Positions 1-9,853 of a stretch of 33,000 nt of DNA are shown here, piece after piece. How positions within the stretch are numbered: position 1 is the stretch's first letter; each line of letters begins with the position of its first letter. Origin of the DNA: Octopus sinensis (taxonomy: Eukaryota); assembly GCF_006345805.1 (NCBI RefSeq), contig NC_042997.1, positions 199,299,001 through 199,332,000 on the forward strand, read 5' to 3'. The notes beneath the pieces are model-generated. The model was given only the letters and a program-made list of their open reading frames with translations. It had not been told where the DNA came from and did no database searches. Position numbers and translations under genes: made by a program.

Positions 1-156
1 TCTCATTTTCATAAGTTTTGAACCTTTGTCACAATTAATGTTCCTAACACTAGCTGAATGATAACTAAGTTATTTTACTAAATTCTTTGTTATATTTAAA
101 ATGAATTGAAAGAAACACAGAACATCTCAACAGAAATACAGTAACAAAAGGGTTAA
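1..156. mobile_element. Right end of a piggyBac-type MITE (truncated by the window edge)
   Basis: Ends in ...GTAACAAAAGGG followed by TTAA (153-156), the CCC/GGG terminus plus TTAA signature. The interior resembles the MITEs at 2468-2677 and 10913-11132. Confidence 0.55.
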
Positions 157-303
157 AACCTGTAAGACTTTTCTTAAGTTTAAAACGTGAGTTTACTTTG
201 TTATCTACATTCTAACAACGGCAGTTTGCTTCTTTGTTAGACACGATTTTACTTCTTACAGGAAGGTCTCAAATAATTTGAAATAGAACATAACATGCAT
301 GCA

Positions 304-345
304 TTCAATCAATCAGTCAATCAATCAATTAATCAATCAATCAAT
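304..345. repeat. (AATC)n microsatellite
   Basis: Direct reading: tcaatcaatcagtcaatcaatcaattaatcaatcaatcaat. Confidence 0.95.
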
Positions 346-633
346 TATAGCCATGATAGATTCTGAGTGCATCCTTGAATTTTTATCTTTGTGAGTATCA
401 TAGGATACACGTTGAAAGTAATGCCACATTTCTCTGAAAATCTTTTAATAAATTTCTTATTAATTGACATAGTAAATGTTATTATCGAGCTCAATTTAAA
501 TTGCTGTTGTTATTCAGATAAATATAGAATTCCCCGAAACAATTTTGTTTCCAATTGACATGAAGCAAGTTTTCATCATTATTATTATTATTATTGAAGG
601 ACATATTTTAGTCTATGAAAATACTTCAGAAAC

Positions 634-687
634 CTGTATCTGTTGTTATTCAATTGTTGCTGCCCACGGATTCCTTCATTAAAACAA
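634..687 (-). CDS. Candidate 54-nt exon (phase 2-2; CFNEGIRGQQQLNNNRY)
   Basis: ttacattAG acceptor, weak CAG|gtttct donor, one open frame, phase-compatible with the candidate at 1116-1202. No protein family recognised; could be chance. Confidence 0.2.
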
Positions 688-1115
688 CTAATGTAAAAAT
701 TAAGGAATTACAGTTGATAGCATTTATATTATTTCAGTTATTTTCTGTCTTACATTTATAAAAAAAAAAAATTTTTTTAAACAAAACAAAACAATCATTT
801 TTATCTGTGCATTCAATCTTGGATGCCATTCAACTGAAATACATATTTTCTCCATGTGACAAAACCAATGTTTAATTCATTTCTTCAGAATATAGTGCAC
901 TGGAGCAATTAAACTCCAGTGTGTAGCTAGTCATTACATTCAGTTCTTAGTGAAAAACTAGTCACACTTGCTTTGAAATTTCTGTCAGTTTCAGCTAAAA
1001 TCAATATTTAACCTAAAGACTGTTATCTGTAAACGCAATGCTAATTTTTTAAATACAATTTCTATAACTGCCTGTCTCTCACAATCTCGACCGCCTCTCC
1101 CTTCTCCCCGCTTAC

Positions 1116-1202
1116 CTGTTCTTTAGACAGCAAGATAAATTTTCATTCAAATAATCAAGTGTGCTTTCTTTCAGAAACTCATTCGATGAAATGAAAACTG
1201 GG
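1116..1202 (-). CDS. Candidate 87-nt exon (phase 2-2; PVFISSNEFLKESTLDYLNENLSCCLKN)
   Basis: Strong CAG|gtaagc donor, tttctgtaaAG acceptor, length divisible by 3, one open frame. Product not recognised. Confidence 0.3.
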
Positions 1203-1302
1203 CTTTACAGAAATTTAATATTTGAAAGATAAACACACAAATGGTTGTTTCTTAAAAATGAATCTTTGTCGTTTTATTTCTTGTGTGGACTACTGAACAT
1301 TT

Positions 1303-1575
1303 ATAGGTGCAGGCACAGCTGGGTGGTTTAGAAGCTCACTTTGTAACCACATGGTTTTGGGTTCAGTCCCACGATGTGTCACTTTGGATAAGTGTCTTCT
1401 AATACAGCCCCATGCTGGTCAATGTCATGTGAATAAATTTGGTAGATGGAAACTGCGTGGAATCCCATTGTGTGTGTGTGTATGTGTTTGTCCCTTACAT
1501 AGCTTGACAGTCAGTGATGGTGTGTTTACATCTTCATAGCTTAGCAATTCAGTAAAAAGGACCGATAGAATAAAA
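1303..1575 (+). mobile_element. SINE family 1 (tRNA head, CORE-like segment, central microsatellite), diverged copy
   Basis: Matches the younger copies at 3726 and 13725: head ...gggttcagtccc B-box, (c/a)cttgg(g/a)caagtgtcttct segment, (TG)n centre, ...accgatagaata. Confidence 0.85.
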
Positions 1576-1638
1576 GCTCAAAGTTGTGACCAAATGTCTG
1601 TGACAAGTAAAACATAAGAGATATTTCAGTTGTTGTTA

Positions 1639-2000
1639 TTCTTTTATTTTTTCACTCATTTGACTATGGCTATACTGGAGCACCATCTTTAGTTGAACAA
1701 ATTAACCCCAGGACTTATTCTTTGTAAGCCTAGTGCTTATTGCATTGGTCTTTTTTGCTGAACTGCTAAGTTACAGGGATGTAAACGCACCAACATCAGT
1801 CGTCAAGCTGTGTTAGGGGGACAAACACTTACGCACAAACATACTATGGGCTTCTTTCAGTTTCCGTCTACCAAATCCACTCACAAGGCTTTGGTCAACC
1901 TGAGGCTATAGTAGAAGACACTTGCCCAAGGTACAACACAGTGGGACTGAGCCTGGAACAATGTGGTTGGTAAGCAAGCTACTTACCACACAGCTACTCA
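1639..2000 (-). mobile_element. SINE family 1, near full length, antisense
   Basis: Reverse complement of the family 1 pattern, from the 3' tail to ...cttaccacacagctactc. A further fragment lies at about 2010-2110. Confidence 0.9.
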
Positions 2001-2467
2001 TTATTTATTTACTGAATTCAGGTTCTTATTCTAGTGGTCTCTGTTTTGCCAAACCACTAAGTTACAGAGACATAAACAGTAGTTGCCAAACAGTATGAGC
2101 ATACACACCACATGCATCTAACTTGAATCCTCTCATGAAGATGACTATAAAACCAGGCTGGTTTAAGCTGTCAAAATAGACTGCATTTATCCTTAGGGCT
2201 GAGTACTTTAACCTTTTAAGATTTAACCTATTCGTACTGAAATTTTTCTAGTGAATGAAATCGTCTGAAAATTCACAGATACTATTATTTTGACTGAAAT
2301 AACAATTGTAAAAAAAATTTCATTGAAATTCGTTTGATACAGACTACATATGCATTAAGAACATGTTTCATTCTTTAATACAGATCATACACAAATCACA
2401 ATTTGTATCAAATATTTGCTTTATACCATTATGAATTGTCAGTTTAAACAGGTGATTGGCATAAATG

Positions 2468-2677
2468 GGTTAAACAAGCAATATCCAGCCAAAATATTCT
2501 GTTTTCAGTTAAAACTGACCAGATCTAACCTCTCATACATGCTCTACTATGTTATTCTAAAGGTAAGCAGTCACATCCTTGAAATCTCAAAGCTATGAGA
2601 TGATGTATGATTAATTGAAAACAATGAGAATAAATAAGGATTACATTTGACAAAGTAATCTGAATGCTAAAGGATTG
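2468..2677. mobile_element. Degenerate piggyBac-type MITE related to 10913-11132
   Basis: Shares ccaaaatattct..., cagtcacatc.ttgaaatctcaaagc.atga.atgatg..., taatctgaatgctaaagg with the intact copy; termini decayed. Confidence 0.75.
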
Positions 2678-2689
2678 AATATATATTCA

Positions 2690-2905
2690 GTACCACAAAA
2701 AAGCATGGGTGTTTCTTCTGTTGTGCAGAAAGCACCCAGTATACACTGTAAAGTGGTTGGTGTTAGGAAGGGCATCCAGCTGCAGAAACCAAGCCAAAAA
2801 CAGATTATGGAACCTAGTGCAGCTCCTGGCCTTGCCAACTCCTGTCACACAATTCAACCCATGCCAGCATAGAAAGCAGACATTAAAATGTGATGATAAT
2901 AATGA
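2690..2905 (+). mobile_element. RTE-tailed non-autonomous retroelement fragment
   Basis: aggaagggcatccagctg...caacccatgccagcat.gaaa.cagacattaaa.(gat)n tail, as found in RTE-type 3' ends; shared with six other copies here. Confidence 0.75.
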
Positions 2906-3095
2906 TGACCTTCCTCCCCACAATATCATGTCTGTACATCTGTGTGCGTATATATATATATATTTCGATTTTGAATTTGGTTTGCCAGATTCTTTACGTG
3001 AGTTCGTGTGTTGAAGCATATTTTGTTGTGTCTGGGGAGAATCATTTTCATTGCATCTTGCCACCTTTTGAATAGTGTTATATATGGATATATAT

Positions 3096-3260
3096 GGATT
3101 AGAACAGTTTTGAAATTCTGTACTACTTAAAGTTTCAGGGTCTCTAATAGGACTTATCATTGGGCCAGTGGAATTCAAATTTCACTGGCCCAATGATAAT
3201 CCCTGTTAGGGGCTTTGAAATTTTAAGTAGTACAGAATTTGAATCAAATTGTTCTGATCC
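3096..3260 (+). repeat. ~80-bp imperfect inverted repeat with 4-nt loop (fold-back)
   Basis: Left arm 3096-3174 aligns to the reverse complement of 3179-3260 with about 12 substitutions and one 3-nt bulge. Confidence 0.95.
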
Positions 3261-3725
3261 CTACATGTAACTCCCAATGAATGTGTTGAGTGCCTTTCTT
3301 TCATTTGTTTACTCATATGTATGTAATTGAATCGTTTCATGAAGCTGTTTCACTTATTTGCATGAGTACAGAGCATGTTTATTACTTTATGATGATATCT
3401 TAAGGTAGATTTTAGACATTGGTATCTTTTTCTAGCATATTCTTTTTGAAGAATTGCCACAGGGCTGTAGAGAAAAATCTTTAAAGAATCTTTTGTCAAA
3501 AATCTAGGAAAGTCAACAGGGCCAAACTGAATGATCTTGGGAGGGGAAAAAAAATCTTGCTCAATATATAGGAAGTGAGAAGGTGAGAACCCACAATATT
3601 GTGTAGCAAGAGAAAGTAGTTGATACACAAAAGATTCAGTGATTTGAGTTGAAATATTGATGAGGAACCATGTCTTTAAAAGTACTAAATTTAGTGGTGT
3701 GGATAGCAGCGAGAAAACTCACCAA

Positions 3726-3892
3726 ATGCAGGAGTGGCTGTGTGGTAAGTAGCTTGCTTACCAACCACATGGTTCCGGGTTCTGTCCCACTGCATAGCAT
3801 CTTGGGCAAGTGTCTTCTACCATAGCCTCAGACCAACCAAAACCTTGTGATGAGTGGATTTGGTAGACGGAAACTGAAAAAAGCCCATCGCA

Positions 3893-3947
<55 letters not shown>

Positions 3948-4149
3948 TTGCGTGTTTGTGTTTGTCACCTAGCATTGCTTGACAACCGATTCTGGTGTGT
4001 TCATGTCCCGTCACTTAGCAGTTCGGCAAAAGAAACCGATAGAATAAGTACTAGGCTTACAAGGAATAAGTCCCGGGATCAATTTGCTCGACTAATGGGC
4101 GGTGCTCCAGCATGGCCGCAGTTAAATGACTGAAACAAGTAAAAGAGTA
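3726..4149 (+). mobile_element. SINE family 1, full length
   Basis: gcaggagtggctgtgtggtaag A-box-like head, ggttc.gtccc B-box, cttgggcaagtgtcttct CORE-like segment, (TA)n(TG)n centre, 3' end ...actgaaacaagtaaaagagt. Confidence 0.95.
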
Positions 4150-4244
4150 ACTGCACAGTTCACTTGATGTTGAAAAGCATATGATTTCTGGAATCTGGGT
4201 GATATAATATTTTTTTTTTTTTGTTGAATTCTAGTAGCAGCTGA

Positions 4245-4291
4245 AGTAGTAGTAGTAGTAGTAGTAGTAGCAGCAGCAGCAGCAGCAGCAA
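4245..4291. repeat. (GTA)n(GCA)n compound trinucleotide microsatellite
   Basis: Direct reading; it explains the poly-A/T tract in ORF 4122-4352. Confidence 0.95.
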
Positions 4292-4394
4292 CTAAATTAA
4301 GAGAGCATTGAAGAAGTTGAGGATTTGTTAGTGGATATATTTCTTCAAGCAAAAGGAGGATTGCTTAAAAGGCATGAGGAGTAGAATATTGAGA

Positions 4395-4835
4395 GGGGAG
4401 AGACATGGCAGGAGATATGGGGAGACTGGAGGGGAAAGAGTCGAATCTGATCTGTTGGATGTGTAATGTCAACTTGCATGAAAGTGCAAGTGACCTGAAA
4501 GAGTGATTGGTACGGATTCACTGGTGTTAGTGAGTGTTGGCAGGAGGATTGACTACTATGCAGGTATGGGAACGTGACATGGAATGGATGTCACTTGTAA
4601 GGTGAAAAGGTACCTTGTGACGACATAGGGAGGTGTATGTCTGTCTTAAGGAAAAGGTGAACGCCGAAGATTTGGGAAGAGGTGGTGAGGATAATCGTAA
4701 GATGGAAAGGCCTCACAGATTATATGAATCAGGAATGAAAGGAGAGATGACTTAAGACTGCTAAGTGAAGACTGCTGAGAAATTAAAGCCATGTTAGTGT
4801 GGTAAAATCAACATTAAAGCAATGATGATAATAAT
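4395..4835 (+). mobile_element. Decayed RTE-clade LINE, ORF C-terminus and 3' end
   Basis: Remnant translations such as ICWMCNVNLHE and PKIWEEVVR...GLTD resemble the RTE C-terminal RWM.G and RPRKTW.EVVR.D...GL motifs; frameshifted; ends in (gat/aat)n. Confidence 0.6.
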
Positions 4836-5210
4836 ATCGAAATACAATAAATAAACAGATACAAAGTGTCCTGTTACCCAACAGAAACCATTTTGGTAAC
4901 TTCAGAAAATTTCAAATGTATCCATAAAATACATAATTTGATCCAATTAAAAGGAAAAAAACATTGATGTAAACAAAAGTCAACATCCTACTAATTTATT
5001 TTTAGCTTTGAAAAATGATATTTCTCTTTATTTTATGATTTTTAGCACTTATTTTCATTTTTCTCGTTATATATATTGAAATGATCTTCTTTTAATGCGA
5101 TGAGCAGATCCAATTCTCGTTCCCCTTCTCACCTTTCCTTTCAATTCTGTTTCTTTATGATATTCACTTAACAGACATGAGGCTCTTTATGCCACATGTA
5201 GGTAACTCAC

Positions 5211-5296
5211 CAAGCAGAACAGAATCTATTTCGGTAAGACAAATTCTTAGTGATGCCACCATGATATGCATCCTGTCAGACGTGAAAGATATCTGA
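5211..5296 (-). CDS. Candidate 86-nt exon (phase 2-1; QISFTSDRMHIMVASLRICLTEIDSVLL)
   Basis: tttgttttatAG acceptor and TTG|gtgagt donor, one open frame. A competing + strand 27-nt candidate (5175-5201) is adjacent, so the strand is ambiguous. Confidence 0.25.
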
Positions 5297-5635
5297 CTAT
5301 AAAACAAATAGTTAGGAAATCATGAACTACAATAACCTATGAAATACTACCAATTACATTGGCAGAACTACCACAGTCGGTTTGTGGAGATATAGGGAGG
5401 TGGGGGCTGGGGTTAATGGACGATTTAATTTAGCCCTCGTTAAATTAGCTTTTTGTTAATGTAGTTACAATGTGAAATAAAAATAATAATAATAATAATA
5501 ATAATAGTGCAATGTGACAATACAAAGTTTGATGTACAAGAAAGTTAAGTGATGAGGCCAGACTGATTACAGAGGAAGAGAGGATAGATGTAAGTGTTTT
5601 GTGGTATGTAATAGATCTGGTAGAGGAAGGGCAGA

Positions 5636-6120
5636 TGTATGTATGTGTATGTATGTATGTGTGTGTATGCGTGTGTGTGTATGTATGTGTATGTATGTGT
5701 GTATGTATGTATGTATGTATCTGTGTGTCTCTTCTATATTTTAATTATTATGTACGTATGTGTATGCAAGTGTGTATATGTGTGTATTTATGTGTGTGTG
5801 CATGTGCATGCATGCATGTAGGTATGTGTGTATTTATCTATCTGTGTGTCTTCTATATTTTAATTATTATGTATGTGTGCATGTGTGTGTATGTATGTAG
5901 ATACGTATGTCTGTGTGTATGTATGCATGTATCTGTGTATGTATCTTCTATATTTTAATTATGTATGTATGTATGTGTGTGTATGCATGTATCTATCTGT
6001 GTGTGTAAGCATGTGTATGTATCTATCTGTATGTGTGTATGTGTATATCTTCTATATTTTAATTATGTGTGTATGTGTGAGTGTGTGCATGTGTGTGTGT
6101 AGCACTCAAATGTATGCATG
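5636..6120. repeat. Compound (TG/TATG)n array with four copies of a 19-bp anchor
   Basis: TCTTCTATATTTTAATTAT starts at 5730, 5849, 5944 and 6048, embedded in microsatellite. Confidence 0.9.
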
Positions 6121-6859
6121 TATTTAGCAGAGCAGTACATAGAGTAATTTAGGTATTTAGGGCTTCCATCACAATTATTGTTCTACTTAGGCTGCTGCTG
6201 AAGAAATATGACAACCATTATATTCCTGATAAGCACCAGATGTGTAGAAACACAGGACCTTCAAAGAACTTCTTCAAATGCTATGCAAAAAAAATAAAAA
6301 AATAAAGAAACCAATAAAATGTTTACAAAAAGGGTTGAAGAAAAGTGAATTATCATTTAGCGCCAAGTAAAACCTGATCAAACAACCAGAAGTGAAAGGT
6401 ATTAGAGCAGAGGCCACCAGTCCTTTCGATTGCCCTTCCTTTATTAAAAGACAACAGGGTGTGATAGGAAATAAATTTAGCTGGTGTTTCTAGTAGTTTC
6501 TGTTCAATAAGTATTGACCCCTGTTTTTATAACAGAAGTATCTATATTGGTTTGGAAGGCAAAATGTAATTAATAGTGACAGGAGCAGTTTTAATGCCAA
6601 CCTGAAGTATCTGTCTCCCACTTGAAGTGGATGTTGTCTAAGAACACAGAATACTGAGATATTTACCATGAGAGAACCTCTCATACGGACTTGTGGTGCA
6701 TATGTGCACTCATGTTTATATCACTAGGGGGAAATAATTGTCTACTACTGCCACTGGAATTACCAGATCATGTGACTTTTGGCCTTTCTTAGGATTGTCA
6801 ATGGTAGATGTCTGTGGCTAGACATAGCAATTTCACCATCAGTGATACATATAGAATCC

Positions 6860-7020
6860 AGGAATGGACCGGGTGTGTGTGTGGCTGAGGGGGCATGTCC
6901 CCCTACCTTCCAAGACAAGAAGTGCACCCTTCTAAAAAATGTTATGTCCTTTTCTACTGAAATTGTATCCCCTTCTGACCTTGTGCCCTCCCTTTGAAAA
7001 ATTCCTGGGACCACGCCTGG
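6860..7020. mobile_element. GC-richer non-autonomous DNA-transposon-like remnant
   Basis: gggggcatgtccccc and tgccctccctttgaaaaattcctgggaccacgcctg resemble MITE subterminal motifs; no clean TIR pair or TSD found. Confidence 0.3.
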
Positions 7021-7454
7021 AATCCCAGGGTCTATTCAGGCACTACTATTGCAAATAACCAATAGGTTTATTAAGGAACAATAGTAACAGAATTAATAAT
7101 AATTACAGAAGGTAATCTTGATCTTCAACTTAATGTAGAGGTTGTGTTAGAACACAGAATACGGCATTATTTACCCCGAGAGAACCTCCTCACGTATGGA
7201 CTTGTGGTGAGTAAAAGAATGACTCTGAATTGATAACGGAAGGTGCCTATGATAATGACAAACCAAGGGAGCATTGACAGGAAATGGTAATGCCAGGACT
7301 TAAAACATTCTGTTGCATTTGTGTGATAAAACATGATTGGAAGACTGTTAGTTTGTAAATTGTAAATGTCCTTAATTGGTATCGGGGATAAATGAAAGTT
7401 AGTATTTTGTGGTGAGCAGGCGGAATTGTTAAAGAGTTGGAGAAAATGTTTTGT

Positions 7455-7565
7455 TGCATTTCTACAGACTTTTTACATTCTGAGTTCAAATCCTGCTGAG
7501 GTCAACTTTGCCTTTAAATCATCTTGAGTGTGATTTGATAGAAAAAAGTACCAGTCTAGCGGGGG
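7455..7565 (+). mobile_element. SINE family 2, old fragment
   Basis: ttctgagttcaaatcctgctgaggtcaactttgcc ... aagtaccagt. Confidence 0.7.
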
Positions 7566-7570
7566 TCAGG

Positions 7571-7773
7571 TGGAGGCATGTGGCTCAGTGGTTAGGGTGT
7601 CAGCATCATGATCGTAAGGTTGTGGTTTTGATTTCTGGACTGAGTGATGCATTGTGTTCTTGAGCAAGACACTTCATTTCACGTTGCTCCAGTCCACTCA
7701 GCTGGCAAAAAGGAATTATCCTCTGACGGACTGGTGCCCTGTCCTGGTGGGAAATATATACGCCACTGAAACC
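7571..7773 (+). mobile_element. SINE family 3 (tRNA head plus V-domain-like core), 3'-truncated
   Basis: ggaggc..gtggctcagtggttagggtgt head, cttgagcaagacactt, ctg.gacggactgg.g.cc.gtcc V-SINE-like motif; homologous to 19944-20199. Confidence 0.8.
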
Positions 7774-7985
7774 ACTACTAACCCCAAGATTCCGAGTTCG
7801 ATTTCAGGCAGCGACCTGAATAATAATAATAACAACATCAAAAAATATCTTAGGAATGAGAATCCAGGTTTGAAATTTACCCAAGACACCTGATGAAGGC
7901 TGGAGGGTATATCAGCTGAAACGTTGTGTTGACAACAAAGAAGATGAGGACAAATATCCGTCATATGTAAATAATGTAGAAAATA
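7774..7985 (+). mobile_element. SINE family 4: tRNA-derived head (5'-truncated) plus hammerhead-containing tail
   Basis: ctactaacccc...ccgagttcgatttcaggcagcgac (anticodon arm, T arm and acceptor remnant), an (AAT)n linker, then the tail with CTGATGA...GAAAC; homologous to 26563-26888. Confidence 0.75.
7885..7930 (+). ncRNA. Minimal type I hammerhead ribozyme motif (Penelope-like, palindromic stem III)
   Basis: Stem I GACAC/GTGTT, core CTGATGA (7890-7896), one extra A, stem II GGCTG/CAGCT closing a 10-nt loop, GAAAC (7918-7922), GTT cleavage triplet with self-complementary AACGTT. Activity not shown. Confidence 0.65.
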
Positions 7986-8224
7986 AAAAAAAATAAGGAA
8001 CATTCATAGAAACTTTAGAAGGTAATTATTGTCAGAGTTACTTCAAAACAAAGCAGAAATAAGGCATTTCCTTGCTTTTCTTTTCTTCGGTATATTCATA
8101 TGACATGTATAATAAATTGTATGATAGTATCTCCTCTATAGTAAGACAACTATCTCTATCCTATCATACTATCATACTCTAATCTCTTGCCTGGCACACA
8201 GCCACTTCACCCCTGGTTCCACTC

Positions 8225-8505
8225 CTTCTCTCATCTAAGAGGTCTTAGTCTTGCAAGTTGCTAGGCAACCCGCTGGAGCAGTACCACATACAAAGCACTT
8301 GTGCTGATGCCATGTAAAAGGGCACTCTATATATTCTGTAAAATGGTTGGCACTAGAAAGGGCATCAAGCCATAGAAACCAGGCCAAAACTGACAACTGG
8401 ATTCTGATGCAGCTCTCTGGCTTGCCAGCTCCTGTCAGACTGTTCAACCCATGCCAGCATGGAAGGCAGATAATAAATAGATATTAGACGATGATGATAA
8501 TAATG
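8225..8505 (+). mobile_element. RTE-tailed non-autonomous retroelement fragment
   Basis: aagggcatc.agcc.tagaaacc...ttcaacccatgccagcatggaa...(gat)n. Confidence 0.7.
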
Positions 8506-8628
8506 ATGTGAATTTATTTGTCAAAATATTAGTTAATGACTTAGTATTTTCTAAAATATTTCTCCAAAGAAATATTGGGACAGAATGCTGCATGCCATCA
8601 GAACCATACACGCTTACTTACTAAGTGT

Positions 8629-9045
8629 AATACCTATTTCTTTACTGCCCACAAGGGGCTACACACAGAGGGGACAAACAAGGACAAACGGATTAAGTCG
8701 ATTACATCGACCCCAGTGCGTAACTGGTACTTAATTTATCGACCCCGAAAGGATGAAAGGCAAAGTCGACCTTAGTGGAATTTGAACTCAGAATGTAACG
8801 GCAGACAAAATACCTATTTCTTTACTACCCACAAGGGGCTAAACACAGACAGGACAAACAAGGACAGACAAAGGGATTAAGTCGATTATATCAACCCCAG
8901 TGCGTAACTGGTACTTAATTTATCGACCCTGAAAGGATGAAAGGCAAAGTTGACCTCGGTGGAATTTGAACTCAGAACGTAGCGGGAGACGAAATACAGC
9001 TAAGCATTTTGCCCGGCGTGCTAACGTTTATGCCAGCTCACCACC
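8629..9045 (-). mobile_element. SINE family 2, head plus two tandem body units
   Basis: Sense: ggtggtgagctggca...gttagcacgccgggc head, then ~180-bp units 8814-8997 and 8634-8813 containing gtcgactttgcctttcatcctttcggggtcgataaattaagtacc. Confidence 0.95.
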
Positions 9046-9786
9046 GTTTTAAGTGTTATACCACAGTTGGAGAATTTGCCTTACCTTTTCTCTGCATCAG
9101 TAAAATAAATATCAGTGATATATATTAATCAACAAGTATGTCAAATAGGTACACCGACCTTTCTTATGCATTCGGCTGTTGTCTCCTAATGACACTCAAG
9201 AAAATATTCACTGTATATCATACATTTTTAACACATATCTTTGTCTAGATACAACATGAAGGTTTATTTTCCATCTTGCATATTTTCCATCTATTTTTAT
9301 AAAGAAAGTGTATACAGTTTCAATTGCTTATTATTATCAACATTGTCACCTTGCCAAAGACTGAGTCTTTAGATACACTGGTACCACATTCTTGGTAATG
9401 TCTTAATTCAAAACAGACTTTGCTTTAGCTGCAGGTAAACCGTGTAGAGTGAAATCACAGTTTATTATTTTCCATTAGAATTTAGAGAGATATTGTGAAT
9501 CAAAGCTGTCAGTCAGTTTAGTAGACCAATAAATGTTCAAAGCAACAGATGCATTTATATTAGCCAGAGTTACCTCCCAGTCCTTGTAACAATAATCAAT
9601 TACACTGCCTTTTTATTATTATTCTCTTTTCCCTTGATAAATAATTAAAGTTTACAACTTGATCAGTGTCATTGTTACAACAAATATTTTCACATCTTTC
9701 AAAACGTTACAACTTTACATTGAAAGCAATCACAATGTTAAACTAGATACCAAGCAACTACAACAAATAAAAAAACGCACACACAC

Positions 9787-9789
<3 letters not shown>

Positions 9790-9852
<63 letters not shown>
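9790..9852. repeat. (TC)n(TA)n microsatellite
   Basis: Direct reading; may include the displaced 5' TC/(TA)n end of the Helitron at 10264. Confidence 0.95.

Positions 9853-9853
<1 letters not shown>

Noticed and set aside
899-922. 8-bp hairpin CACTGGAG/CTCCAGTG
   Set aside because: Too short to exceed chance expectation.
2687-3178. 163-aa minus-strand ORF
   Set aside because: Spans a fold-back, a (TA)n tract and an RTE-tailed repeat; a composite chance frame.
3350-3628. 92-aa minus-strand ORF, or terminal exon LWQFFKKNMLEKDTNV*
   Set aside because: Several acceptors and frames are equally plausible; no homology recognised.
5175-5201. + strand 27-nt exon candidate after a long polypyrimidine tract
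   Set aside because: No phase-linked partners found; kept only as evidence that the host strand is ambiguous.
5211-5296. Selenocysteine read-through of in-frame TGA codons
   Set aside because: No SECIS-like element or redox motif seen; other stops in the chain are TAA.
5599-6127. ORFs of 60-119 aa rich in C, V, M and Y
   Set aside because: Translations of TG/TA microsatellite; the same applies to the ORFs at 11862-12586, 15090-15476 and 29168-29750.
7774-7818. tRNA-like sequence, also the heads of all SINE copies
   Set aside because: Incomplete or degenerate cloverleaves attached to SINE bodies; not functional tRNA genes.
8629-9045. Regularly spaced repeats suggestive of CRISPR or satellite arrays
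   Set aside because: Eukaryotic SINE units of about 180 bp with no unique spacers.
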